A stretch of DNA of 29,501 bases from a virus (IMGVR_UViG_3300011437_000308:1-29501), one strand, 5' to 3'. Shown: positions 7,739 to 15,845, counted from the first letter of the stretch. Program-made: numbers and translations. Notes: generated by a model from the sequence alone, not told the origin.

Positions 7739-7885
7739 GTGGAACCAAAACAGTCTACGACGGTGCGCCTTACGGCAGAGGCACGGCGCCTGCTGCGCTT
7801 GCTTTCCTCAACCCAAGGGGTATCACAAACCGCCATTATTGAAACCCTCCTCCGCCGCGAAGCCAGACGCCTCGGGCTGAAGTAG
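7739..7885 (+). CDS. Ribbon-helix-helix (CopG-like) regulator
   Basis: GTG start: VEPKQSTTVRLTAEARRLLRLLSSTQGVSQTAIIETLLRREARRLGLK, a classic RHH strand-helix-G.S-helix pattern. Confidence 0.75.
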   Translation: MEPKQSTTVRLTAEARRLLRLLSSTQGVSQTAIIETLLRREARRLGLK

Positions 7886-7911
7886 CGCCGTGCCGCGTGG
7901 GGCCGTGCCCC

Positions 7912-8244
7912 TTAGAACGGCTCCTCCTCGTCCACCTCTCCCCACCCCCGGTCATCCTCCTCCGCCCGCTCGGGCAGTTGCCGGGGGATGTCCACCGTCA
8001 CCGGCTCGGGCCGGATCGCTCGGAGGGCCGCCCGTGCCAGCTCCTCAGTGACCAGGGTGAGGCTATAAATGGCACTCACGCCGACAAAGCGGGTATAGGC
8101 AGGCATCTCCCCTTCCTCGGGGATATCGACCCGGAAGAGGGCCGACCCGCCGATGTGGACCGTAGAGAGGTAGCCAGACAGTTTATTATGCTCTAGCATA
8201 TCTATAATGGCCCATCCTTCAATGACCGTCTGGCTGTCACTCAT
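7912..8244 (-). CDS. Conserved phage hypothetical protein
   Basis: WAIIDMLEH..LSGY...IGGSALFRVDIP....YTRFVGVSAIYSL; AAGGAGG RBS. Confidence 0.7.
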   Translation of the reverse strand: MSDSQTVIEGWAIIDMLEHNKLSGYLSTVHIGGSALFRVDIPEEGEMPAYTRFVGVSAIYSLTLVTEELARAALRAIRPEPVTVDIPRQLPERAEEDDRGWGEVDEEEPF

Positions 8245-8419
8245 GGTCCGCCTCCTTCGTTGCACAGTGGTGCTCGACGCCCAGGCACGCGCTCACCAGC
8301 GTCCCACCCTTCCCCCGCATGAGCAACGCCCGGCAGCGCCAGCACGCCGCAATAAAGGTGGGCTGCGGGGGGGCATACACCGCCTGCGGATCACGTGGTT
8401 CACGGTATTTTGCCATCAT
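8237..8419 (-). CDS. Small Cys-containing hypothetical protein
   Basis: 60-aa ORF with CWRC; RBS and overlap with the next gene. Confidence 0.5.
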   Translation of the reverse strand: MMAKYREPRDPQAVYAPPQPTFIAACWRCRALLMRGKGGTLVSACLGVEHHCATKEADHE

Positions 8420-8533
8420 ACCCCTTTCTCGGTACCCACGAGTGTCAGGAAGGCACGTTCGCCCTCCAAGACGTACTTTATCACTCTAGACACTCACGAT
8501 TGATTCTAGGGCCACCCTCGACGGTTATTTGGC

Positions 8534-9214
8534 CTATCCACTGATTTCCTGGGGAATGGCCGGCCGGGGCAACGTAATCGGCTGCCCATCCCCGCGGAGC
8601 AGGTTGCCAGTTGAGACAATCTGCTCAAACAGCCGGCGCGTTTTCTCGACATCCCCCGCACAGTAATTCAGCACCTCGGCAATCCGCCCCGCCCGCCACA
8701 GCCGGGGGGCCATGGCCCCGTCCATCGCTTTCTCGCCATACCCATTGGCGACGGAGATGGCCCCGAGACTATTCAGCCCGCGCTCAAACTTGCGCACCGG
8801 GTCTGCGGACCATACGGCGTCTAAAATATCGTAGCCCCGCCCCATGAGGTCCTGAAAGGCATCGCAAAGCTGGTACAGGGACTCATCACGATTGCGGAGG
8901 ATCGCTTGCAATAATGGCCCGTCGAAACGGAGGGAATTGAAACCGACCATCAAGGGTTGCTCTGCCACCCAGCGCGTGATGATCTGTTCGAGTGCCGACG
9001 TGTCAAACCACTCTACGGACATCCTGCGATACGAAAAAGCACATCCAATACTCAGCCCTAGTGCCAATGGGTTGTTCCAGCCGATAGGCTCATAGTCGTG
9101 CGTCTTTCCTGTCTCGCCCGCATGGCACTCAGGTGAACCAGCACAGTAGAGGCAGGCATCTGCGCTATGGGCAGTCTCGATGTCGAATATATACACATTG
9201 GCGCATCTAAGCAT
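8534..9214 (-). CDS. DEDD 3'-5' exonuclease (RNase H-like)
   Basis: Exo I FDIET, Exo II GFNSLRFDGPLL, SLGAIS..NG, Exo III YCAGDV. Start 9214 has an AAGGA RBS; the frame stays open upstream to 9457. Confidence 0.85.
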   Translation of the reverse strand: MLRCANVYIFDIETAHSADACLYCAGSPECHAGETGKTHDYEPIGWNNPLALGLSIGCAFSYRRMSVEWFDTSALEQIITRWVAEQPLMVGFNSLRFDGPLLQAILRNRDESLYQLCDAFQDLMGRGYDILDAVWSADPVRKFERGLNSLGAISVANGYGEKAMDGAMAPRLWRAGRIAEVLNYCAGDVEKTRRLFEQIVSTGNLLRGDGQPITLPRPAIPQEISG

Positions 9215-9316
9215 GGGATGATCCTTCTTAGGGAGACTGTTTCCAATTATATTTTTTGACCCCTCGTCCTCCTCGTCCAGGCCCAGGCACATGGCCCGGC
9301 GTTCGGCTGGCGTTAA

Positions 9317-9573
9317 CATCTCGGTCAAGAAGCGGAGGCGGTCACCGGGGTCCACCTGGCGCCAGACGCGGTGGAGCACCGTCAGCGGCGCGTCGTGGAC
9401 GATACGCCCGGCTTCGTCGAGGGATACCCATGCCAGGGTGGGGGGTCGGGGGTCCATCAGGCAGTCTCCTCGTCGAGGCCGCGCATCAGCGCCCGGCGCT
9501 CGGTGGGGGTGAGCATCTCGGTCAAGAAGCGGAGGCGGTCACCGGGGTCCACCTGGCGCCAGACGCGGTGGAG
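9317..9573. repeat. 60-bp exact direct repeat (9317-9376 and 9514-9573)
   Basis: catctcggtcaagaagcggaggcggtcaccggggtccacctggcgccagacgcggtggag twice; encodes LHRVWRQVDPGDRLRFLTEM in two consecutive ORFs. Confidence 0.95.
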
Positions 9574-9624
9574 GGTGGTCAGGAGGGATTCGGTATTGCA
9601 CTGTACAGGTATAAGCTCGTTCAT
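9457..9624 (-). CDS. 55-aa hypothetical protein, paralog of the peptide starting at 9457
   Basis: Manual translation MNELIPVQCNTESLLTTLHRVWRQVDPGDRLRFLTEMLTPTERRALMRGLDEETA; coupled at both ends. Confidence 0.7.
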   Translation of the reverse strand: MNELIPVQCNTESLLTTLHRVWRQVDPGDRLRFLTEMLTPTERRALMRGLDEETA

Positions 9625-10626
9625 CTCCTTCTCCCTTCTTGGCGACAGTCTTCACAAAGCCCAGCTTTCAGCGCATCAATCGGGATGCGCCGCCCACATG
9701 CGTAGCAGTCCCCTACCACCGTAGCCACCTTTCCGTTCATAGGCCGTGCACGGAAGGCTTCATCGAGGGGCCGACAGCATTCCTGGCGCAAGCCATACAG
9801 GAACTCGCGCCAGGCTTGCGGCGAGAAGGATTGCCAGGCTTTTGACTCATGTGGCACGAGTTGTTTTACGCGGAAGCCACTGATGTCGTACCAGGACGGG
9901 TCAGCTTCGAGCCGCGTGGCTGCCAGGGTATACAGGACGGTGAAGGCGGGGAGGCCCGCCCGTGCCGCCAAGCGCTTGGTCACTGTTGCAGGCTTAATGT
10001 CCTGCCCAACATCGACCGCCGTCTCAATCAGTGCCAGGGGCTCTTTTGTCCCATTGTCGTATTCGATGTACAACGAGGCGTCCAGGTCAATCATGGCGAG
10101 GAGCGTGGCATGATCAAAGCTGACTCGACTGTTGTGATTTGCATTTGGCAACCTCAACGTGTACGATAGCGCTCGTCACAAGCATGGTTCTGGTGACAAT
10201 GTCTGGGACGATCAGGACGTGTGAGCAGCTTCCTCCTGGTGCGGTATATCGGATGTGTAGGCCATCACCAACCCGATCCGGTTGGCGTGGGGTTTGCACG
10301 ACGCATGCCCAACAAAATGAGGAAGATACGTATACGTCACCGCCGTCAAGACCGGCTGCGCGGTGTCACCCCACCAAGCCATGGGGGCAACCAAAAGGCC
10401 TACCTGAACCACCTTTGTATCCACACGACGACCGCCCGAGGAGCATGCTGTCGGGAGGCCGTACTAGGTGAGTTGCGCCTCGTGGACCTCCAAGCCAACC
10501 AAAAATCCATCAGCCACCAGCCAAAACACAACAGTCGAGAAAGCTGATAAAGCGCCGCGTCGAGTCGCGCCGATGCCAGCCGGAATAGGAGCGATCACGG
10601 GTGTTCAATCGCTCATGCTGCGCCAC
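9621..10626 (-). pseudogene. Phage protein (possible PD-(D/E)xK-like fold) interrupted by a MITE
   Basis: Removing the element plus one TSD joins VAQHERLNTRDRSYSGWHRRDSTRRFISF to DHATLLAMIDLDASLYIEY...PLALIET in frame (193 aa). The GTG start overlaps the MTase stop and has a GGAGG RBS. Confidence 0.85.
10124..10539. mobile_element. 416-bp non-autonomous IS/MITE
   Basis: Terminal inverted repeats CTCGACTGTTGTG(A/T)TTTG (17/18 match); flanking 8-bp duplication AAAGCTGA at 10116-10123 and 10540-10547; no transposase-length ORF. Confidence 0.9.
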
Positions 10627-11945
10627 TACGACACCTCCCAGACGACAAGTTCCCGTGAGAGCACGAGGCACTGCTTGTTGGCCTTGGCCCATTCCACCAT
10701 TTGCGCGGTACATTGCTGGCTCTCGTAGGGACACTGAAAGCGCATATGCAGCGGCAGTGGCACGGCGCGTAACATATTGGCGACATGATCGGTGTAGCGC
10801 TTCTCGGGGGCCCGCCATTGCGTCGGCTGCATGAGCATGGCAATCTTCGCGCCCGCCGGGAGCTTCTTGGCAAAGCCAGTGATGATCCCGGCGAGCGTCT
10901 CGGTGAAGGTGGCAAGGTCCATGTTGGCGAGGTCGGTCGGATCGTTGCTATAGTCTCCTTCCACTTGTTTCCAGTACGGCGGATCAAGATAGACAAGCTG
11001 CACATCCTGCCAGCGTGGCAAGGACGGGGGCCCGTCGGTGAGGTCATGGAGCCGGATGTCCTGCTCCCGCTCGACAATCGGCTTCCGGTCGCTGACCCAA
11101 TAGCGGCGAAAGCGTTTCTTGCAGAGGTCGATGGTACTGCCACTGCCGCCAAACGGGTCGACCACAATGCCGAACGGGTCGGTGTAGAGGTACAGGAGGT
11201 TATCCACCCAGCGGACTTCGCTATTCCCAGCATGGCGCATGCCGGGCGTCTTCTCTTGCTGTTTCCACACGTTGTAGAGCGGGGGGTCGAAGTCGGTGGC
11301 GTGTTGAGCCATTGGTTTGTTCGAAAGAGTTTTCTGGAACTCTTCCGAACAAACCTCGCTGACAGTAGCTTTTCCACATGAGCACGCTTCTGCTATTTCG
11401 TCCGTACTATAACACGCCAACCACAGCGCCTGGATTTTCTCATTCCGCCGCTCGCGCTCCTCCTTCACCGTGCGCGAGAGCCACTCGGAGATTTTCTTTT
11501 TCCCCACATGCAACCGCTTGGCGATCTCCTCATACGTCGTCACGCCATACTGGTAGTAGCGCTTGGCGTTGCGTTCCTTGTCCCGCATATCCGTTTGCTT
11601 CCCATGCTCCCCATTCAGATCATTGGCGAGGTCAAAACACTCCAGCCATGCCGAGACAGGATACTTATAGGCCTGTATCTCACGGTCTGCGCCATCGGTC
11701 AGTTTGCGATAGGCCAGCCAGCGGTGCTTGCCATCCAGCAAGCGATTGTTGGTTGTGACAGAGATAAAGTGCCGCCGCGCTTCAATACTCTCCATCGTTT
11801 CCGCATATTGCTGGACGAGTTCGGGATAGTGCTCAGCCCGTGGATAGATATCCTCCTCAAAGACCACCTCCGATAGCTTGATTGTCACAAGCTCTGGTAT
11901 GAAGACTTTTGGCTCAAGCTCTGGAAAAAGTGAGGCAACTGCCAT
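10626..11945 (-). CDS. ParB-like N-domain + HTH + amino-DNA methyltransferase fusion
   Basis: LLDGKHRWLAY (ParB-N), YEEIAKRLHV and TDEIAEAC (HTH), SAM-binding VVDPFGGSGST, catalytic LVYLDPPYW. Confidence 0.85.
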   Translation of the reverse strand: MAVASLFPELEPKVFIPELVTIKLSEVVFEEDIYPRAEHYPELVQQYAETMESIEARRHFISVTTNNRLLDGKHRWLAYRKLTDGADREIQAYKYPVSAWLECFDLANDLNGEHGKQTDMRDKERNAKRYYQYGVTTYEEIAKRLHVGKKKISEWLSRTVKEERERRNEKIQALWLACYSTDEIAEACSCGKATVSEVCSEEFQKTLSNKPMAQHATDFDPPLYNVWKQQEKTPGMRHAGNSEVRWVDNLLYLYTDPFGIVVDPFGGSGSTIDLCKKRFRRYWVSDRKPIVEREQDIRLHDLTDGPPSLPRWQDVQLVYLDPPYWKQVEGDYSNDPTDLANMDLATFTETLAGIITGFAKKLPAGAKIAMLMQPTQWRAPEKRYTDHVANMLRAVPLPLHMRFQCPYESQQCTAQMVEWAKANKQCLVLSRELVVWEVS

Positions 11946-11946
11946 C

Positions 11947-12309
11947 CTAGCTCTCCTCCCTTACCATCGCCGTCTCTGCTGGCCACACCGACGCAATCAG
12001 CCGGCGCACCTCCTCCGGATCCACCAGCTCCTCTCGTAGCGCCAACTGGTCACCCGGCGCTGGACTGGCCTGCGCCAGCCCCCGCTGCGTCCCCAGCCAC
12101 TCTTTGGCGTAGGCGCGGAGGATGGCGGGGACGGGAAAGAAGCTCTCCTCCTTCAGGGCCTGAATACTCGCCGCCTGAATCGCGTCAAGCGGGTAGTCTT
12201 GCAGCGCCAGGTAGTAGGCGTGTTTCTTCATGCTGGAGAGCTGCACGTTAAAGACCTCCGCCAGTTGGTCCAGGCAGAGACTGAAGTCCTTGAGATCCTG
12301 CATGGTCAT
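11947..12309 (-). CDS. Putative helicase loader/inhibitor (lambda P / G39P-like)
   Basis: AYYLALQDYPLDAIQAA....EESFFPVPAIL; directly downstream of the initiator. Confidence 0.6.
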   Translation of the reverse strand: MTMQDLKDFSLCLDQLAEVFNVQLSSMKKHAYYLALQDYPLDAIQAASIQALKEESFFPVPAILRAYAKEWLGTQRGLAQASPAPGDQLALREELVDPEEVRRLIASVWPAETAMVREES

Positions 12310-13183
12310 AGTAGCCCGTCTCCTGTAGGAATTGATCCGTGGTGGCCAGGTTGTATTGGCCTTTGGCGCTGACGCGCAGGTCAGTGGCGGTCTGGGCGCC
12401 TGGGGTATCGAGAGGGATAAGCTCGTCTTCATAGCGTCCCCCGTTCAACCAGGTGGATGCGTGGGGGATAAATTTCCGCTCTTTCCCATACCAGGTTGTC
12501 ATCGCCAGTCGAGTGATCTTGTTGCAGAGTTCGTCTGCCCGTGGCTCAAGTCTCTCAGCAACCCATACCTCAAAGCATTTGAGTTTCCCGACGCGCCTGT
12601 CATGAGGATAGACTTCCCACCATTGCATGAAGCCAGGGCTATAGTCTGTGCTTAACGCCTTATGCTTGTACTTCGAGGGTGGTGCGATGGAAGCGCTCTG
12701 AGGGGGTAAGGGGGAGTCTTCTTTCTTCATGGGATCTTCTTCATGGGATCTTCTTAAGATGGCGTTCACCTGTTGAACGCTCCGTTCACCTGTTGAACGC
12801 TCATGGTAATCATCGTTCACCTGTTGAACGCTCCTTGAAAACTCTTGCATGTTTGATGTCCATATATCCTTGATGCGTATACGGTCTGTGCTATGTGCCC
12901 CATGCTTTCCCGCAATAATAGTGATCAGTTTGGCATCTTGGAGTTCTCTCTTTGCCGTGGTGATTGTGCCGAGGCTCAGCCCTGACCCTTGTGCCAACAT
13001 GCGGGTCCCTTGGAAGCATTCTCGATCATCGCCTGCCACACTCTTGAGGTAGACATAGAGCCACTTAGCATGCACCGAGAGGCCACGGCTTTTCATGCCA
13101 CGCACCACCGTGTTGGGAATCGCCGCGTAGTAGGCATGTAGGGACCCCTCGTCTCGAATCTCCGCCGAGCGCTCTCGACTCAT
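12248..13183 (-). CDS. Phage replication initiator (N-terminal wHTH, conserved C-terminal domain)
   Basis: LSVHAKWLYVYLKS, LAQGSGLSLGTITTAKRELQDAKLI, FMQWWEVYP..RVGK, FIPHASTWLNGGRYEDE; iterons in the linker. Confidence 0.85.
   Translation of the reverse strand: MSRERSAEIRDEGSLHAYYAAIPNTVVRGMKSRGLSVHAKWLYVYLKSVAGDDRECFQGTRMLAQGSGLSLGTITTAKRELQDAKLITIIAGKHGAHSTDRIRIKDIWTSNMQEFSRSVQQVNDDYHERSTGERSVQQVNAILRRSHEEDPMKKEDSPLPPQSASIAPPSKYKHKALSTDYSPGFMQWWEVYPHDRRVGKLKCFEVWVAERLEPRADELCNKITRLAMTTWYGKERKFIPHASTWLNGGRYEDELIPLDTPGAQTATDLRVSAKGQYNLATTDQFLQETGYYDHAGSQGLQSLPGPTGGGL
12723..12833. repeat. Iterons, putative replication origin
   Basis: Three exact CGTTCACCTGTTGAACGCTC (12763-12782, 12783-12802, 12814-12833), each with an internal palindrome CGTTCA-N5-TGAACG; tandem TTCTTCATGGGATC x2 at 12723-12750. 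Confidence 0.85.
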
Positions 13184-13590
13184 AGCACAATGCCTTGTTG
13201 TTCGAACCAGAAGAGATATGGTGGATAGCACGGAAAGTTATCTGGGAGCTGAATGCCAAGGCGTTCCAGATGCGCGACATGCTTTGGGGTAAATTCGCCG
13301 TAAAGCCGGACATGGAACATCAGTCGCCATTCCTCAAGAAGCTTTGTGCCCTTCGATGAGTTACAGTAGGGGCAGACTGCTGCAAGGTTTGTGATTTCTT
13401 CACTACCACCGCGACTCCTGGGGCAGAGATGATCTATTCGTACAGCATCGCGTGGCGGTGGCTGCCTGTGCAGATTCCCTGTCCTATCAGGGACGAGCAG
13501 TACGCCGCAGTAGGCGCAGCGCCCACCTGTCTTCGTAAGAATCATTTGCATTTTTGTGGGAGAACGCCCTACTCGCACTGTGCTCTCCAT
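13180..13590 (-). CDS. HNH endonuclease
   Basis: KTGGRCAYCG...IDHLCPRSRGGSEEITNLAAVCPYCNSSKG. Confidence 0.9.
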   Translation of the reverse strand: MESTVRVGRSPTKMQMILTKTGGRCAYCGVLLVPDRTGNLHRQPPPRDAVRIDHLCPRSRGGSEEITNLAAVCPYCNSSKGTKLLEEWRLMFHVRLYGEFTPKHVAHLERLGIQLPDNFPCYPPYLFWFEQQGIVL

Positions 13591-13629
13591 GCTCTTGTGT
13601 GAAAGTGTTGGGTATCTAAAGCACACAAG

Positions 13630-13680
13630 ATTATAGAGGAGAAAAACGTCCTTGTCTAGTGGGTAATTAATGTGTATAGT
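13630..13680. promoter_or_regulatory. Divergent sigma70 promoters with overlapping -35 boxes
   Basis: Minus strand TAGACA-17-TATAAT (13658 to 13630); plus strand TTGTCT-17-TATAGT (13652-13680), with the ATG at 13688 following 7 nt after the -10. Confidence 0.7.
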
Positions 13681-13687
13681 ATTTGAC

Positions 13688-13864
13688 ATGACAAAAAAAC
13701 CCCTACCCAAAAAACCTGGACCAAGGCCTAAGGGTTACGCACGCCAGCACATCTTCCTTCCGCCTGATCTTGCTGAGTGGGCCAAAGCGCATCCCGAGGG
13801 CCTCTCTGGGCTGATACGGCGCTTACTTGCTGAGGAGCGTCGCAAAACAGATCGCACCCCCTAG
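13688..13864 (+). CDS. Small RHH-like regulator with basic N-terminal arm
   Basis: KKPGPRPKGYARQHIFLPPDLAEWAKAHPEGLSGLIRRLL. Confidence 0.65.
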   Translation: MTKKPLPKKPGPRPKGYARQHIFLPPDLAEWAKAHPEGLSGLIRRLLAEERRKTDRTP

Positions 13865-13873
13865 CCTCACCCC

Positions 13874-14107
13874 CTACGCCCCTCGTGGCGCCCCGTCCTC
13901 CCAGTGTGCCGGGTGCCAGATATGTCGTCCTAGCCGGGCCTCTAGGCGATCCGCGAGGCCCTCCCACGTATCCCAGGGCGCCAGCGTGACCTGTGCGCCC
14001 CACGTGGCCATTGCCTTCATGCGGAAATACTCTTGCGCGGTTTGGAGCATCATGGGCATGCCACGCGCCGTGAGGTCCGCTACTTCGTTGTCCCGTGCTG
14101 GTCGCAT
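13874..14107 (-). CDS. Hypothetical protein
   Basis: ORF with GAGGAG RBS at the end of the leftward operon. Confidence 0.45.
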   Translation of the reverse strand: MRPARDNEVADLTARGMPMMLQTAQEYFRMKAMATWGAQVTLAPWDTWEGLADRLEARLGRHIWHPAHWEDGAPRGA

Positions 14108-14135
14108 CGCTTCTCCTCGTTCATACCACTCGGTA

Positions 14136-14390
14136 TTACCCCGTGACTGTCCACCCTTCGTGGCAATGCCGACATACCTGCATGCCCTGGATCTGCGGCT
14201 GCCGGGGAAAGCCATACGCCCCGAACAGCCCCTCCTGGTAGCGCCGAAACCACGGCGGTTGGAGGTAAATGTCCGTAATGTCCTGGCCGCACCGGGGGCA
14301 GGCGACGCCCGGTGCGGCGTGGCACCGAAACGGCCACCAGCGGGGGCGCCACGGATGGAGCGGCGTCTGCGGCACAGGGTCCTCCTTCAT
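14136..14390 (-). CDS. Zn-finger-like hypothetical protein
   Basis: CPRC...CRHC; ATGA coupling. Confidence 0.55.
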   Translation of the reverse strand: MKEDPVPQTPLHPWRPRWWPFRCHAAPGVACPRCGQDITDIYLQPPWFRRYQEGLFGAYGFPRQPQIQGMQVCRHCHEGWTVTG

Positions 14391-14593
14391 TTTGTCCCCT
14401 TTTTAGGTATCGGCGGTGGGGGATGGTGGGTACTGAGATAGGCATCCAGCACCGTCTTGGCTACGGCCTCCCACGCCCGCTGTTCGACGACATCGAGGCG
14501 CGCAAACGCCGCGGCATCTGGCGGGAGGGGCTCGGGTTCGAGGGCCTGCCAGTAGGCCGCGAGGGCGAGCGCGGCGTAGTGGGGTTCGGTCAT
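14387..14593 (-). CDS. Hypothetical phage protein
   Basis: MTEPHYAALALAAYW...EQRAWEAVA; GGAGG RBS, ATGA coupling. Confidence 0.6.
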   Translation of the reverse strand: MTEPHYAALALAAYWQALEPEPLPPDAAAFARLDVVEQRAWEAVAKTVLDAYLSTHHPPPPIPKKGTK

Positions 14594-14973
14594 GGCGCGT
14601 CCTCCTCCAGTACCACGGCCCCACACCGCCCACACACCAGCGGCAGCGCCGTGACGGGCTGCCAGGCTCCGCAGTGGCCCACAGCAGGGCCGGGAATGTG
14701 CGCGCCGCTAGCAGCATCAAGGGACGGTGCCCGTGACTGCCGCAGGGCTTCATGCACCTGCCATTGGTCCGGGGTCAGGTTTCGATTTTTCCGCCTGGCG
14801 TCTAGAAACCTGCACGCAGGGCAGCGCACAAAGCCGGGCTGTCCTGGTACGAGGCCGCAGTTTGGGCAGAGCCCTGCCGCTTTGCGCCGGACGTAGGTGG
14901 TGCTGTTCATGAGGCGGGTCTCCAGGGTTGCGTAAGGCGACATCAAGACACGCGCTGCCGTCAAACAGCGCAT
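14590..14973 (-). CDS. Cys-rich (Zn-binding) hypothetical protein
   Basis: RRKAAGLCPNCG...RCPAC...CGRCG. Confidence 0.6.
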   Translation of the reverse strand: MRCLTAARVLMSPYATLETRLMNSTTYVRRKAAGLCPNCGLVPGQPGFVRCPACRFLDARRKNRNLTPDQWQVHEALRQSRAPSLDAASGAHIPGPAVGHCGAWQPVTALPLVCGRCGAVVLEEDAP

Positions 14974-15431
14974 AGCGTAGACTCAATGACATTCCAGTCT
15001 GATGGTCTCCATAAAAAACACTGTATTCCAGTTATTGTTTGTAAAACATCGAGCCATGCTTGTTGTTCTATTGTTGGCTTCTCACCCTCAATCTTTACTT
15101 CAGCCATGAGGAGACTTCCTCCTGGGAGTTGCCTGGTAGGAACATGTGCCATGGTCAAATCGGGGTAGCCTGGGATGGACTTACGGCTATCGAAGGGGTG
15201 AAAGACCTTCCAGCCATGGGCCATGGCCAGTTGGCCCATGGCTGCCATAAAGGCTTTCTCACTGAGTATGGGGGTGTGCCCTCCATGGACGACATCACGC
15301 CCCATCCGTTGCACATACGCGGCATATTCCGATTCAGTCCAATTAGTCACGATGCGTCCTCTTCCTCGGACGACATCACGCCCCATCCGTTGCAGATACG
15401 CGGTATAGTCTGCTTCCGTCCAGTTCATCAT
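14961..15431 (-). CDS. VRR-NUC domain nuclease with duplicated N-terminal peptide
   Basis: SEKAF, GYPDLTM, AEVK.E..KPTIEQQAWLD, LWRPSDW. Confidence 0.88.
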   Translation of the reverse strand: MMNWTEADYTAYLQRMGRDVVRGRGRIVTNWTESEYAAYVQRMGRDVVHGGHTPILSEKAFMAAMGQLAMAHGWKVFHPFDSRKSIPGYPDLTMAHVPTRQLPGGSLLMAEVKIEGEKPTIEQQAWLDVLQTITGIQCFLWRPSDWNVIESTLCAV

Positions 15432-15432
15432 C

Positions 15433-15633
15433 CTAGAACTCCCTCATCGTGCCGAGGTCTATCCAGTGGGCGCGGACCTTGCCTGCTGGACTCAGCGTGA
15501 TTTTTGGTCGAAAAGGTTCTATCGTGCTCGCCCGGAAGAAGGCGATGGCGTGTTGGAGTGAGTCCTGGTCAATGGGTTGTGCTTCCTCTGCCGCTTGCTG
15601 GCACAGTTGCTCGATCCGTTCTAAGGATGTCAC
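15433..15633 (-). CDS. Hypothetical protein
   Basis: 66-aa ORF tightly packed in the operon. Confidence 0.55.
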   Translation of the reverse strand: MTSLERIEQLCQQAAEEAQPIDQDSLQHAIAFFRASTIEPFRPKITLSPAGKVRAHWIDLGTMREF

Positions 15634-15845
15634 TATTCCTCCTCAAACTCGCCAAAGCGACAGTCCGCACACCACGGCCCAGGAGCAAAGCTCCCATCGC
15701 AGGGGACCGGCCCATGGTCCTCAAATTCCTGCTGCTGGGCGTCGGTCATGGTCTCCCATGGCTGCCGCAACTCCAGTGCAATGTGACAGGTGGCAATCCA
15801 TGTCGCCCACGCCGTCGCGTCGTCCTGTCGATAGGGTACTGTCAT
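15633..15845 (-). CDS. Hypothetical protein
   Basis: MTVPYRQDD...WCADCRF; purine-rich RBS. Confidence 0.55.
   Translation of the reverse strand: MTVPYRQDDATAWATWIATCHIALELRQPWETMTDAQQQEFEDHGPVPCDGSFAPGPWCADCRFGEFEEE

Noticed and set aside
8440-8497. Irregular intergenic hairpin closed by GAGTGTC/GACACTC
   Set aside because: Single copy with weak inner pairing; cannot be distinguished from chance or assigned a function.
9317-9573. Diversity-generating retroelement TR/VR pair
   Set aside because: The copies are identical over 60 bp with no adenine-specific differences, and there is no reverse transcriptase in the window.
10124-10539. Group I/II intron interrupting the gene
   Set aside because: TIRs plus an 8-bp TSD indicate DDE-type transposition; no intron boundary motifs recognised.
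12763-12833. Palindromic repeats as a mini CRISPR array
   Set aside because: Spacers are 0 and 11 bp, the repeats lie within a replication gene, and there are no cas genes; iterons fit better.
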